A stretch of DNA of 64,000 nt. Source: Octopus vulgaris. Its lineage: Eukaryota. The notes under the pieces were generated by a model. The model was not told the origin of the DNA. It made no database searches and was given only the letters and a program-made list of their open reading frames with translations. The DNA lies in assembly GCA_951406725.2 (NCBI GenBank), contig OX597830.1, positions 20,584,001-20,648,000 of the forward strand. Reading direction: 5' to 3'. Positions 25,954 to 38,582 of the stretch are shown one piece after another (the first letter of the stretch is position 1; every line of letters begins with the position of its first letter). A program made the translations under genes and the position numbers.

Positions 25954-26093
25954 GTATGTATGTAAGTAGGTATGTAGTTAGGTAGGTAGGTAGGTAGGTA
26001 GGTAGGTAGGTAGGTAGGTAGGCAGGCAGGTAATTACGTATGTATGTATTATGAACGTATGTATAATTGTATGTATGTATGTATGTATGTATG

Positions 26094-26124
<31 letters not shown>

Positions 26125-26228
26125 GTAGGTAGGTAGGTAGGTAGGTAGGTAGGTAGGTAGGTAGGTAGGTAGGTAGGCAGGCAGGCAAGTAATTACGTAT
26201 GTATGTATTATCAACGTATGTATAATTG

Positions 26229-26287
<59 letters not shown>

Positions 26288-26290
26288 GTG
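25792..26290. repeat. Higher-order repeat, 3 x ~165-bp units of (TAGG)n-spacer-(TATG)n
   Basis: Spacer GTAATTACGTATGTATGTATTAT(G/C)AACGTATGTATAATTGTAT occurs three times. Confidence 0.85.
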
Positions 26291-26564
26291 CGTATGAATG
26301 TATGTACGTAGGCACGTATGTGTGTAGGTACGTACGAATGTATTTTCGCTCTTTCTCCTTTTCAGTTCACTTTGAGCGGCCACCTCTCCGGTGGTATATT
26401 TTTCCCTCACTGATTATTTCATCACGTTCCATTCTGTTGAAGAGCATAGGCTCGAAACGTGTAAGACTTTCTCACCTTCCCGAGTATCAAACTAGTACAC
26501 CTGCTTGTTGTTTATACACCTGTCTTCGTCTTTTGATTTTCTCTTTTTCTTTTTTTTTTTCTGG

Positions 26565-26720
26565 GGCATCGACTTGGAGCAGTTTTGTCGAATGAATCGA
26601 TCCCAGTATATTTTTTTAAAACCCAGGTACTTATTTTATTGGTCTCTTTTGTCAAACCGCTGGTTTACAGAGACATAAACGCACCCACATCAGTCGGTTG
26701 TGACGCAATGGTAGAGAACA
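26565..26720 (-). mobile_element. SINE family C fragment (diverged)
   Basis: GGTACTTATTTTATTGGTCTCTTTTGTCAAACCGCT resembles the family C body. Confidence 0.65.
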
Positions 26721-26734
26721 ACCACACATACTCT

Positions 26735-26781
<47 letters not shown>

Positions 26782-27049
26782 GTATATATATATATATATA
26801 TGTATGTATGTGTGTGTGTGTGTGTATAAATATATATATATATACAAAATTATAATTAGGGTTCATCAAAAAAATTTGCTGAACCCTAATTATAATTATA
26901 AGAATTATACTTATAAGAATTTTTGTTTAAGTTTACCGATAATGGTTCTTTTAACATGCCGAACTATTTGGTAAAGTTATTAATTATTAATTAATTTTAC
27001 CCTTTATTATTATTTATATGTATGTATATATATATATATTAATACATAC

Positions 27050-27170
<121 letters not shown>

Positions 27171-27244
27171 GTGTAAGCACATAAATGCAAACCAAGCTAT
27201 TAAAATAGTACTCGAATACCGAAGGTAGAGTAATATACATTTTT

Positions 27245-27395
27245 TCTTTTATTATAGCTGTAAAACATCACAAAAAATTGTGACACAGAGTTTCACGTTC
27301 CCGTTCGTCGGACGGTTGTGATCAAAAGGCTTGATCACAATCGTCCGACCAACGGGAAGGGGAAACTCTGATGCTTTTACAGCTTTAATAAAGAA
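27245..27395. repeat. Fold-back of two inverted hammerhead-like (Penelope-type) arms
   Basis: CAGAGTTTC..TTCCCGTT.GTCGGACG.TTGTGATCAA-aaggc-TTGATCACAA.CGTCCGAC.AACGGGAA..GAAACTCTG. Confidence 0.8.
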
Positions 27396-27399
27396 GTGA

Positions 27400-27442
<43 letters not shown>

Positions 27443-27487
27443 TGTGTGTGTGTGCGTGTGCGTGCGCACGCTTGTATGTACATATAT

Positions 27488-27835
27488 TCTTTTATTTTTA
27501 CTTCTTTCAGTCATTTGATTGCGGCCATGCTGGAGCACTGCCTTTAAAGGGTGTTAATCAAACAAATCGACCCCAGGACTTATACTTTGTAAGCCTAGAA
27601 TTTATTCTATCGGTCTCTTTTACCGAACTGCTAAGTTACAGATACATAAAACACACCAACATCGACTGTCAAGCGATGGCGGGGTGACAGACACACACCC
27701 CACAAATATATATATACGACGGGCTTCTTCCAGTTTCCGTCTACGAAACCCGTTCACAAAGCTTTGGTCGGCCCTAGGCTACAGTAGTAGACAGTTACCC
27801 GAAGTGCCACGAACTGGGACTGAACCCAGAACCAT
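27488..27835 (-). mobile_element. SINE family C
   Basis: Collinear with the reverse complement of family C. Confidence 0.85.
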
Positions 27836-27874
27836 CGATCACCTATGTATTTAGACGTGTGTGTGTATGTGTGT

Positions 27875-27925
<51 letters not shown>

Positions 27926-28081
27926 GGGACATAAACGCTCAACTGTCCATTTGTGAAAGACGTAGAAGAGTTTTACTAGTATGTGTGTGCTTCTATATGA
28001 ATCAGTGTGTGTACGTGTGTGCGCTGGTGAGGAGGAGGGTAACGTGGAAGAGCGTGCGTGCGTTACATTACATGTGTGTGT

Positions 28082-28136
<55 letters not shown>

Positions 28137-28192
28137 TGCGTGTGTTCTTGAGCGTTACAGCCGCACTACATGTAAATGGCAGCAAAAGTAAT

Positions 28193-28194
<2 letters not shown>

Positions 28195-28266
<72 letters not shown>

Positions 28267-30313
28267 TGATGTTGTTGTTGTTGTTATTGTTGTTGTTGTT
28301 CAAGTAGTTGTAGTAGTAGTAGTAGCGGTAGTAGCAGTGAAGTTTGTGGTTCTAGTACTAATAGTGGTGGTGGTGGTGGTGGTGGTGTTCCTGGTGGTGG
28401 TGGTGAGGGAGACCTGGTGGTGGTGAGGGAGACCAGGTGATTGTTTTATTAATTACTTTTTATTGCGAAAGTGGTTGTGGTGGTGGTAGTGGTAGTGGTG
28501 GTGGTGGTTGTGGTGGTGGTCGCTATGGTAGAGGTGGCCGTGGTGGTGGCTGAATGCACAATGGCATTTTGTCTGACAGTTTAACAATTCCACTAGGTTG
28601 TAATCTTTGTGATTATAATAATAATTAATATTAGTTAATAATAATTAATACCAATAATAATGATAATAATAATTCGTTTATTAGTCACATGGGCTTACAT
28701 AACAATGATAATAATAATAACAATAATGGCTTCAAATTTTGCCACAAGGGCGACCATTTTGGGGAAGTTTATTACATCGACCCCAGTATTTCACTGGTAC
28801 TTATTTTATCGAACCCGAAAGGATGAAAGGCAAAGTCGACCTCAGCATTATTTGAACTCAGAACGTGAAGACGGACGAAATGCCTCTAAGCATTTTGTCC
28901 GGCATGCAAACTATTCGGCCAGTTCGCCACCTTAATAATAATTAATAATAATGATAATAATTATAATTATAATGATGATGATGATTTCAAATTTTGGCAC
29001 AAGGCCAGCAATTTTGGGGGGGCGGGGGTCAGTCAGTAACCTCCACCAATATGCTTGGCTTGGTACTTATTTTATCAAATGAAAGGTAAAGTCCGACCTC
29101 GGTGGGTTTCGAACACATAGCGCAAAGACTTGGATGAAATGCTGCTAAGCATTTTGTGATAGTTGCAGTAGTAGTAGTGGTGGTGGTGGTGGTGGTGGTG
29201 GTGGTTGGAGGTTAGTTATAGAACAGTTAGCAATAGTGAAAAATAGTAGTATGGTTGATAGTGGTAGCGGTGGTAGCATTGGTTATTGAGGTGTTGTTGA
29301 TAGTATAATAGGTTGTTATAATGATTGTGGTGGCGGTAGCGGTGGTGGTTGTTTTCTTGTTGACGTTGTTGTTGTTGTTATTGCTGTTGATGTTAGCAGT
29401 GGTGGTGGTGGTGGTGGTGGTGGTGGTAGCAATTGTTGTAATGATGGTGTCGTTCGTGATGGATGTGATGGAAGTAGTCGTAGTGGTAGTGGTGATGATG
29501 ATGATGATGATGATGATGATGGTGGTGGTGCTGGTACTAGTAGTGGTGGTAAATGTTCATGGTGTTAGGACGATAGTGTAGGTAGCAGTTCTGATAGGGG
29601 TGATGGTGGTGGTTGCATTCATATGGTTATGACAGTTGCGGTGGTAGTACCTGTAGAATTGGTGGTTGGTGGTGGCAGTGGTGGTGGTGGCGGTGATGGT
29701 GGTATTGGCAGTGGTGGTGATGGTAGTGGTGGTGGTAGTGGTGGTGGTAGTGGTGGTGGTGTTGGCAGTGGTGGTGGTGGAGGAAGCCGCAATAGAAGGC
29801 AGTACAAACAGTTATGTTAGTTATGTCGAGGTGTACAAAGAACAGTAACAGTTGTGGTAGTGGTAGCGGTGGTAGTGAAAGTGGTGGTGTTAGGAGTATT
29901 GGTAGTAGTACTGGTAGTGGTATTGGTAGCAAGCAGAAGTACTTCACGTGATTGCTAAAGATGGAAATGGTGGTGGAGCTGGGTGTGGTAGCAGTAGAAA
30001 GTAGTTGTAGTCGATGTGTAGTGACGGTTGTAGTAGTAGTAGTAGTAGCAGTAGTTATGGTGGTAGAGGTAATGGTGGCGGTGGTGGTGGTATATGTATG
30101 TATATATGTATAGTGGTGGTGGTAGTAGTTGTTTTGATGGTGGTGGTAGTGGCGGTGCAGGCGAAGTGCTAGTAGTAGTGGTGGTGGTGGTGGTGGTGGT
30201 GATGGTGTATGTATGTACGTATAGTGGTGGTGGTAGTAGTTGTAGCGATGGTGGTCGCAACGGGGGTGCTGCTGCTGATAGTAGTAATAGTAGTAGTAGT
30301 AGTGGTGGTGGGG

Positions 30314-30359
<46 letters not shown>

Positions 30360-30830
30360 CCAGGTGATAATGATATTAGTTAAGATGTTCTAGTACTGAA
30401 AGTTGTGGTAGCGGCGCTAGTTCTAGTGTTGCTTGTTATGGAGATGGCCATAGTGCTGTTTATAGTGGTACTGGTGGTGGTGGTGGTGTGAAGGTGATGT
30501 CGTGATGGTGGTATGGAGGTGGTAGTGGTGTTAGTAATAGTAGAAGTTCTTGCAGCAACAGCAGTATTGGTTGTAGTTTAGTAGTGGTGGTCACTGTGAG
30601 CAGCAGCAGTAGCCGCAGTAGCAGCAGCTGTTGCCTTAAAAGTTATGGTTTGAATATTAGTATATTAATAGTACTAATAACAGTTACCGCAACAGTAGTA
30701 GCGGTAGAAGTAGCATAGTGGTAACAGCGATAGAGAAGGAGATAGTGATGGGAAACTCGGTTGCGACTGTTGTAGTGGTGGTGGTTGTAGTGGCGGTGGT
30801 TGTGGTGGCGGTGGTTGTGGTGTTGGTAGT
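28195..30830. repeat. (AGT)n/(GGT)n/(GTT)n trinucleotide low-complexity field
   Basis: Directly visible. Confidence 0.88.
28727..29156 (-). mobile_element. Two SINE family A copies (28727-28931, 28985-29156) in (AAT)n context
   Basis: GGATGAAAGGCAAAGTCGACCTC..TTTGAACTCAGAACG is the reverse complement of family A. Confidence 0.82.
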
Positions 30831-31288
30831 CAGATCTGTCACAAAAACTATTAGCCGTATAGTATGAATAACACTAACGCTTGTAAAGGCACTCCTACTG
30901 CTACTACTACTACCACCACAACCAACACCACCACCACCACTACTACTGCTACTACTACTATCACAAGCGGTAGTACAGGCGAGGATCGTAGTAGTTGGAT
31001 GTTAGATCCAGTGGATTCATTTGTATTGATTATTGCCACTTCGTTGTGTGCACTGGACACATTATTGATCCAAACTTATATACATTTTATACACACCAAT
31101 GAGACAGAGAGGACGATAGAGAGAGAGGGGGAGTCTGTGTGTGTGTGCGCGCGTGTGAAAGAGTGGGGGTGGCAGAGAGAAAGGGAGGAGGAACGATATA
31201 GGGAGGGAGAGATAGAGTGTGAGGTGTCTGCCTGTCGTGTGTTTGTGAGCGCGACTATACATATATATATATATAGCTAAATATTAAC

Positions 31289-31351
<63 letters not shown>

Positions 31352-31393
31352 TATATATATGTACATATGTATATATATATGTATATATGTATG

Positions 31394-31426
<33 letters not shown>

Positions 31427-31429
31427 CTG

Positions 31430-31473
<44 letters not shown>

Positions 31474-31478
<5 letters not shown>

Positions 31479-31610
31479 CTGTGTGGTAAGAGGCTTGCTT
31501 CCCAATCACTTCATTCCGGGTTCGGTCACACTGCGTGGGATCTTGGGCAAGTGTCCTCGAATATAGCTTCGGGCCGACCAAAGCCTTGTGACTGGATTTG
31601 GTAGACGGAT
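31474..31610 (+). mobile_element. SINE family C, 5' half
   Basis: GTGGCTGTGTGGTAAG..CTTGGGCAAGTGTC..GGGCCGACCAAAGCCTTGTGA. Confidence 0.82.
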
Positions 31611-31672
31611 ATATATATACACACATAGATAGGTAGATAGATAGAGAGAGAGAGAGAGAGAGATAGACTGAC

Positions 31673-31715
31673 AGTGACTTCTAAGTTTCGTCAGTCGCTG
31701 ATATTTCATCAGACT
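31673..31715 (-). ncRNA. Type I hammerhead ribozyme motif (Penelope type)
   Basis: Minus strand AGT-CTGATGA-AATA-TCAG CGA CTGA-C-GAAAC TTAGAA GTC-ACT. Confidence 0.6.
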
Positions 31716-31784
31716 ACTACTACTACTACTACTACTACTAATACTACTACAGTGTTTGGAAGCCAAGGATTGAGAAAACTTCGA

Positions 31785-31873
31785 AGTCACTGTTAGGCTT
31801 TTCTTGTAATGCTAACCCATCATCGGACAGTTCGATGATGGCTTAGCATTACAAGAAAAGCCTAACAGTGACT
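31785..31873. repeat. Near-perfect ~40-bp-arm hairpin overlapping a hammerhead-like motif
   Basis: AGTCACTGTTAGGCTTTTCTTGTAATGCTAA(C/G)CCATCATCG and its reverse complement, one mismatch. Confidence 0.9.
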
Positions 31874-32616
31874 AGCCGAAACTTCGAAGTCACCATTGAT
31901 ACTATTGTTATTAAAGAATAACGAATTGGTACTCTACAAAATGTATTTAAAGCTGTGACTCCAGATTCTTGTTTCCGTTTTCGAAGAACAGAGAAGTGAA
32001 AAACCCCGAGTATCGACTCACAGACTCAACTTCAAACAACTTACTCCACTTCGCCTTAGAGTATCGAATAACATGTCTGCTTAATTGCAATCTACACTGT
32101 GTGAATCATATTCATTATTCATTACTCTCACTCTTCCCCTCCCCCTCTCTCTTTCTCACTTTGTTTCTTTTCATATACATACACACACACACACATACAC
32201 ACACACATGTATGTATGTACGTATGTGTATATAGCCCAATTTTTTTACCGCGTTCTGTTTATGCTCTTTCTTCACCTATAAGATATAATTCAATTAATTA
32301 CTTCATGTCTGATTCATCCTAATTCATGCCAAAGACTCATTTCAGTTATTTCCCTTTGATCATATTTTTAATTAAGTAAATTATATTGCCTAACGATTAT
32401 TCGTAACGCTTTTCCTATATCTATAAGCCTTTACAGTCACGAGTAGGTTACATCGCACTGATGAAGTCTAGTATGCCGAAACATGCTGTCCTCGATTCTT
32501 GTCGTTTCCCTACAAAGAAAATCAGATTCACCCCTAAGCATGCAAATTGATATTCAGAGATTAGTTATAATTTTTTTCAAATTTTAGTGACCTCTCGTTC
32601 AACAATTCTTATAGAG

Positions 32617-32902
32617 CAGGGGTCGGGGAAGGTTTTTAACCAGTTGCCCCAAAATATATTTATTTACGCTGGCGTTACCTGCTTCATTTGAAAGGAAGTA
32701 AATAATAGAATCTTTGAATTCAAAAGGTTTATTGCATCTATTCACATTGGACAGATTCAGTGTTGCCAGAAAAAAAATGTCTGTCGTAACAAGGAACACG
32801 TTTTTCGTGTAATTTCACTTATGTCCAGTGAGTCCTCGTTAACCCCCAAGAATTTCATTTTTACCCCACTTGGGGTAATTTACCTCGGTTCGCTAACCCC
32901 AG
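32617..32902. mobile_element. hAT (Charlie-like) MITE
   Basis: Termini CAGGGGTCGGGGAA / TTCGCTAACCCCAG; 8-bp flanks TTATAGAG and TTGTAGAG. Confidence 0.7.
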
Positions 32903-33552
32903 TTGTAGAGGAAAGGTGTTTGTCTTAGCTGATCGTCCGAATTTAAAGATTGCAGGGTTAGTACTGTATAAGTATACGACATTGGGAATATATACACTGG
33001 ACGCTGTGCTAGAATTACAGAAAATACTATAAATGTCGAATAGCAATTTCTATACCCTACTAAACGTGGATGTATTACCAGAGCGCGAATACTGCGGTAT
33101 TTGCCTTGAGAGGGCCTAATAGCACACACATTTGTCATAGCAGACGAGAACCGCCAGGCGGGGCTGCCGGAACTGCTAGCTCAGGGATTTTCAACGTATT
33201 GCGTATCCTCAATCGCAGGCGTCCTGTTGCCGCATACATAAAAAAGTTAAAACCGTAAATTGTTAATTTCACTTACTTGTGGTAAATGAAAGATGGGGTT
33301 GATGGGATAAATGTGAGGGCAAATGTAGAGCTGATGGCTTGCTATTATGAGTTAGTAGAGCTATGATGCTCCACTAGTCCTTACTTTTTGCTGGTAAAAT
33401 CTAAATTGACTAAGAAGGGACTGAGTTGGTTATCACTACTTCCAGCAAACTTAACAACGGCAGTGAGTTTGAGGCGATTTTGTGTGACGAATATGTTGCT
33501 TACCTTTGCTGCTACGGATTATGAATAATGAGTTCCTCCAAATCTCTATGTA

Positions 33553-33798
33553 GAGGCGCATGGCTTAGTGGTTAGGGTGTCAGCATCATGATCGTAAGAT
33601 TGTGGTTTCGATTCCTGGACCGGGCGACGCGTTGTGTTCTTGAGCAAAACACTTCATTTCACGTTGCTTCAGTGCACTCAGCTGGCAAAAATGAGTAACG
33701 CTGCGATGGACTGGCGTCCCATCCAGCCGGGGAACACATATGCCTTAGAAACCGTGAAACCGGGCCCATGATCCTGGCTAGGCTTTAAAAAGGGCGCA
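33553..33798 (+). mobile_element. tRNA-derived CORE-like SINE, head H2 + tail X
   Basis: A-box TGGCTTAGTGG, B-box GGTTTCGATTCC, CORE-like TGTGTTCTTGAGCAAAACACTT. Confidence 0.88.
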
Positions 33799-34199
33799 TT
33801 TTTTTTTTCTAAATCTCTATAAAATTGATAACATTGTTGAACGTCTGTTTCTGTTTCATAGCTGCGTTTGTCGTCTTCGTCATTCACATTATTTCTACTA
33901 GCAAAACATCATCCAATATTCTTCTGCTGTTAACATTTGATATCCAGGATCAACCTTTTTGTCTCCTCCCCAGATCCTGATGTTGTCTTCGTGATACCTG
34001 TTTCATCCCTCTGAAGAATACTACGAAAGTCCTTTACCTTTTAATATCATATACTGCCCTTCCATATTACACAGGTGTTTGTTTTTGGTTATTTCACAGG
34101 TTTTAACTAAAGTTGTAGTCTTCAGTGCCTTTCATGAAGCTACTAAATTGAATATCGCGAGAATAAGATTGAAGTTGGAGTTCAAGATATAACTGAGAA

Positions 34200-34545
34200 T
34201 TTTAACTTTTTCATTATGTGTCTATTTTCCAGTGTATTCCATAAGATTCTGAACCTTCCTTCTGGAGGCCCTGGTTCATCGTCGAAATGTATGGTCGTTG
34301 TGCTTTTTCTACAAGTATTTCTATAGTCATTGCTTCGATGAACTTTCTGTTCAAGCCCCACTTCCTTGCCAAGACCTTAAAACGTGTCACTCGAATCCAT
34401 TCCCAGACGCATCGTTTCTGTGTTGAATTTCCTGTTATTCATAAGTCCTTTTATTTTGATAACTTCTTTCCTTGAACTGATGCTCTCTGGAACTCCCTAC
34501 CATCGTTCCACTTAATCCTTTAAGACTTATGTCAACCAGCATATT
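34200..34545 (+). mobile_element. Old CR1-group LINE ORF2 3' relic
   Basis: Manual translation ALVHRRNVWSLCFFYKYFYSHCFDEL../RVTR..HRFCVEFP..NFFP*TDALWNSLP. Confidence 0.7.
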
Positions 34546-34757
34546 TTTGTATTTGCTGGCCCCTTCTTTTCCTTCTCTGTAGTACGTTGTCTACAATAGT
34601 CTCAAGCCGTTTCGGGGGACAAAATCGTATAAAAAAGGAATTCATTAAAATATTTTCGTTATTATAATCCCTTACTGGTTTCAACTACACATTGATAATT
34701 GACAGGAACATTGGGTAACCAGAATATGCATTGTATTTTACCGTCGTTACTAACATT

Positions 34758-35120
34758 CTGTGTCACATTGAATCTCCTTCAGAACTGAGTTACGCGTGTC
34801 TGTGAAGCTGGCTCAGCCACTTGTACGTTAAATTCACGAGCAGGTTATTCAGTTTATATTGTGGAAGGATTACGATCACCCCTCAAGTGACTAAAGGTCT
34901 CATTGCTATAAAACAAAGAATTGTGAACGATTGGCAGTTCGTCGTGTTGGTAGCAGTTCACTGTGAGCCGTTGATATAGAGCGGTGAGTCTCGTGTAATA
35001 AGTGCGCCGTATATATACTTTCTTCCCCACTGCTTCGTTATATAATATATCCAACATACAAGGATATAAAAGTTTCTCAGATCAACTAGAACGCTCCTCG
35101 TCGTGACCGATGGAGTGCCA
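34758..35120 (+). mobile_element. SINE tail Y fragment split by a ~220-bp insert
   Basis: 34758-34853 matches 36966-37066; 35080-35120 (GATCAACTAGAAC..GACCGATGGAGTGC) matches 37073-37110. Confidence 0.65.
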
Positions 35121-35834
35121 GTTGTTTTTGTTGCCCAAAACATCATACTTTTCAAAGCATTCACCTCCAAAATGCTAGCTTCTGTCTACTTTATACGCTT
35201 CTATTTCCGATACACACGGAGTCCTCTGCCGCTTTAAATTATTACTCACCCTTGAAGCTACAATGTACAATATTTCATGTCTAAAATATCAACGAAAACT
35301 GTTGTGTTACCGTGCCATGCCCTGTTGTGTATGATAGTTATTGTGCAGTATTCACTGTGCTACCACGTTGAACGTAGTAGCCTAGCATGATTGTTACTTA
35401 AAAATAACTTATTAACGTTAGATTATTTCTAATTTTTTATTTTGATTGGGTATTATTAAATTTCAAACAACAAATGATGACTAGAAAATATCATAATACT
35501 GCAAGAACTATACAGAAAATTAGAGCTTAGTTAAGGAAAGTCAGAAATAAAGAATTATTTTTAGAGAGGAGTGTTAAAACGGATAATAATCAAGATGCAT
35601 GCTACTAAAACCTATCCGCTCGCCTTCGCTTCTTATTTTCTCCATCCACTATTCTTCCAATCCACGCAGATCAAATCATGATAGAACTAATTATGACACG
35701 TCCACTGATGTCAAAACAACTAATACAATGTTTTATAACAAACAAGTGAAGGATTAGTCTCCCACTATGAGGAATGAGTACAACATTGAATGGGGGCTAA
35801 TGTATCAGAAACATTCAGCATTTGAAGTGGATAT

Positions 35835-35910
35835 AATACTCAAAAATGGAGGTTCATATTAGCGTTGACAAATACTCAAAGATGGAGGTTCATATTAACG
35901 TCGATACATA
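35835..35910. repeat. 36-bp tandem duplication
   Basis: AATACTCAAA(A/G)ATGGAGGTTCATATTA(G/A)CGT occurs twice. Confidence 0.85.
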
Positions 35911-36027
35911 CACTCTTAACTCGGATTTCGTCCGGTATATATACGATGTCCCACTAATCAGGGTGAAGTTTAATGAAGGTTTACTGCATCACACCTTTAC
36001 TTTCAGAGCCGATAACTTTAACCACTA

Positions 36028-36125
<98 letters not shown>

Positions 36126-36231
36126 CTCTCGCTTAGATGGAATTTAAATAAGAATTATTTCGCCTACGGCATTCCATACAGCGCTGTTCTAAATACACAT
36201 ATTACAGTACACATGCACACATACATACGGT

Positions 36232-36439
36232 GGTATCAAATTTTGACACAAGGCCAGCAATTTCAGGAACGGAGTAAGTTGATAACTTCGATCCCGTGTC
36301 AACTGGCACTTATTTTATCGACCCCGAAGGGATGAAAGGCAGTCAACCCCGATGACATTTGAACTCAAAGCATAAAGACGGACGAAATACCGCTAAGTAT
36401 TTTGCTCGGCGCGCTAACGATTCTGCCAGCTCGCCGCCT
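36232..36439 (-). mobile_element. SINE family A
   Basis: ..GCGCTAACGATTCTGCCAGCTCGCCGCC is the reverse complement of the family A head. Confidence 0.85.
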
Positions 36440-36734
36440 TATATATATATATATTAATACATACACATGCACATCCTTTGTTATATATATATGAGTTCCA
36501 TGCATGCTTACAGATGATTACGCATACGGAATTAGTTTCTCAGAATTCGCCAGATCATTAAGTGCATTCAATGCTTTCAGCCGGTCATAAAGTTAATTTC
36601 ATGAAAGACGTGTTTCGTTCACACTTCTGACGCATGAATTTATTCAAAAGGTTTTATGTGTTTGTAACACATGAAAACCAAAACAATACATGCATACATA
36701 AATACAAACACACTTATATTATATTGTATCATGT

Positions 36735-37115
36735 GGAGGCGCAATGGCCCAGTGGTTAGGGCAGCGGACTCGCGGTTGTAGGATCGCGGTTTCGATTCCC
36801 AGACCGTGCGTTGTGAGTGTTTATTGAGCGAAAACACCTAAAGCTCCACGAGGCTCCGGAAGGGGGGGGGGTGATCCCTGCTGTACTCTTTCACCACAAC
36901 TTTCTCTCACTCTTACTTCCTGTTTCTGTTGTACCTGTATTTCAAAGGGCCGGCCTTGTCACTCTCTGTGTCACGCTGAATATCCCCGAGAACTACGTTA
37001 AGGGTACACGTGTCTGTGGAATGCTCAGCCACTTACACGTTAATTTCACGAGCAGGCTGTTCCGTTGATCGGATCAACCGGAACCCTCGTCGTCGTAACC
37101 GACGGAGTGCTTCCA
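36735..37115 (+). mobile_element. tRNA-derived SINE, head H1 + tail Y (full length)
   Basis: A-box TGGCCCAGTGG, B-box GGTTTCGATTCC. Confidence 0.88.
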
Positions 37116-37176
37116 TCCATATTATATCATATTTATATATTTATATATATACACACGTACACACGCATACATACAA

Positions 37177-37248
<72 letters not shown>

Positions 37249-37449
37249 AATTTTGTCAGTCTTAAATTTTGTCAGGTCGCAGTCTTAAAGCGACGAAAAT
37301 ATTTTGACAAATTAAATTTAAATTTTGGAATGAATCTAACGGATTTTGTGTGTTTCTTAAATGGCTTACAAACACCTTCCACGAGGCAATTGTTTTCGTT
37401 CCAGCACACGATCTCAGATCAGGTCACTTGCTATGCAAATACATCTCCG

Positions 37450-37496
<47 letters not shown>

Positions 37497-37582
37497 TAAA
37501 TATAAGGGTAGCAAAAAATCCTAGAAAAATTCTCCGCTACCAGCGGTCTAGTGAGAAAGGAAAAATAGTCAAAGACTATATA

Positions 37583-37624
<42 letters not shown>

Positions 37625-37625
37625 T

Positions 37626-37697
<72 letters not shown>

Positions 37698-37791
37698 GTA
37701 ATTAAAACAAGAAGAGGCGTACTAAGGACAATATGAAACAATATGTAATCATTAGTTAGGTGCTCAATATGAGAAGAGGCAGAAAAAAGCG

Positions 37792-37826
37792 TTTTGACGT
37801 TTCGAATTTAAGTTCTTCATCAGAAA
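37792..37826 (-). ncRNA. Minimal hammerhead motif (Penelope type)
   Basis: Minus strand TTT-CTGATGA-AGAA CTTAAA TTC-GAAAC GT C-AAA. Confidence 0.6.
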
Positions 37827-38348
37827 GTTAAAAAGAAGGGAAATTATACAAAAATATGAGACGATATAGGAGTTGCATTTTAGTCTGTATCTGATCGTTT
37901 TGCAACAGAAATCTAGGTTATTTCATTTACGTATATCGTCTAAGAGAACTTTTCTCATTCGCTTATTTAATTATACGTTTTTTTTCATTGCATGCATTTA
38001 ATATCGTAGCCCCAGATAATTCAATATTCATGTGAGCGTTTCCTGAGTACGTCGTTGATGAATAGCTTTCGAGTACTAATTGTCATCTACCTTGTCAAAT
38101 ACTACGTACTTTCATAGGGACAGCGATGGTATATCTATCTCTATATCCCCCTCTCTCCGCCCTCCCACGCACATATACATACATATATATACATACACGC
38201 ATACGTACACTCATGCATACATACACACTCGTACATATATAAAAGTAAACACTATATTTAATGCATACGCCACCCCCAAAGACAAGCCGCAGTGTCGGAT
38301 CTGCAGTTAAATTGGATTCGGTACCTACATATCTACAGTTCCCTAATA

Positions 38349-38414
<66 letters not shown>

Positions 38415-38496
38415 GGACGGACGGACGGACGGACGGACGGACGGACGGACAGACAGACAGACAGACAGACAGGCAGGCAGGCAGGCAGGCAGGCAA

Positions 38497-38582
<86 letters not shown>
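38349..38582. repeat. Graded tetranucleotide array GATA>GACA>GACG>GACA>GGCA>GATA
   Basis: Directly visible. Confidence 0.92.

Noticed and set aside
30995-31075. Possible pre-miRNA hairpin (TTGGAT/ATCCAA, TCCAGTG/CACTGGA)
   Set aside because: Pairing is short and interrupted by a large unpaired centre
33148-33180. Helitron 3' end (GC hairpin then CTAG)
   Set aside because: No matching 5' TC end identified and CTAG is followed by C rather than T; too weak to call
33553-33630. Genuine tRNA genes at SINE heads (also 36735, 44500, 50791, 52798)
   Set aside because: A/B boxes are present but acceptor stems are incomplete and each runs into a repeat body, so these are SINE heads
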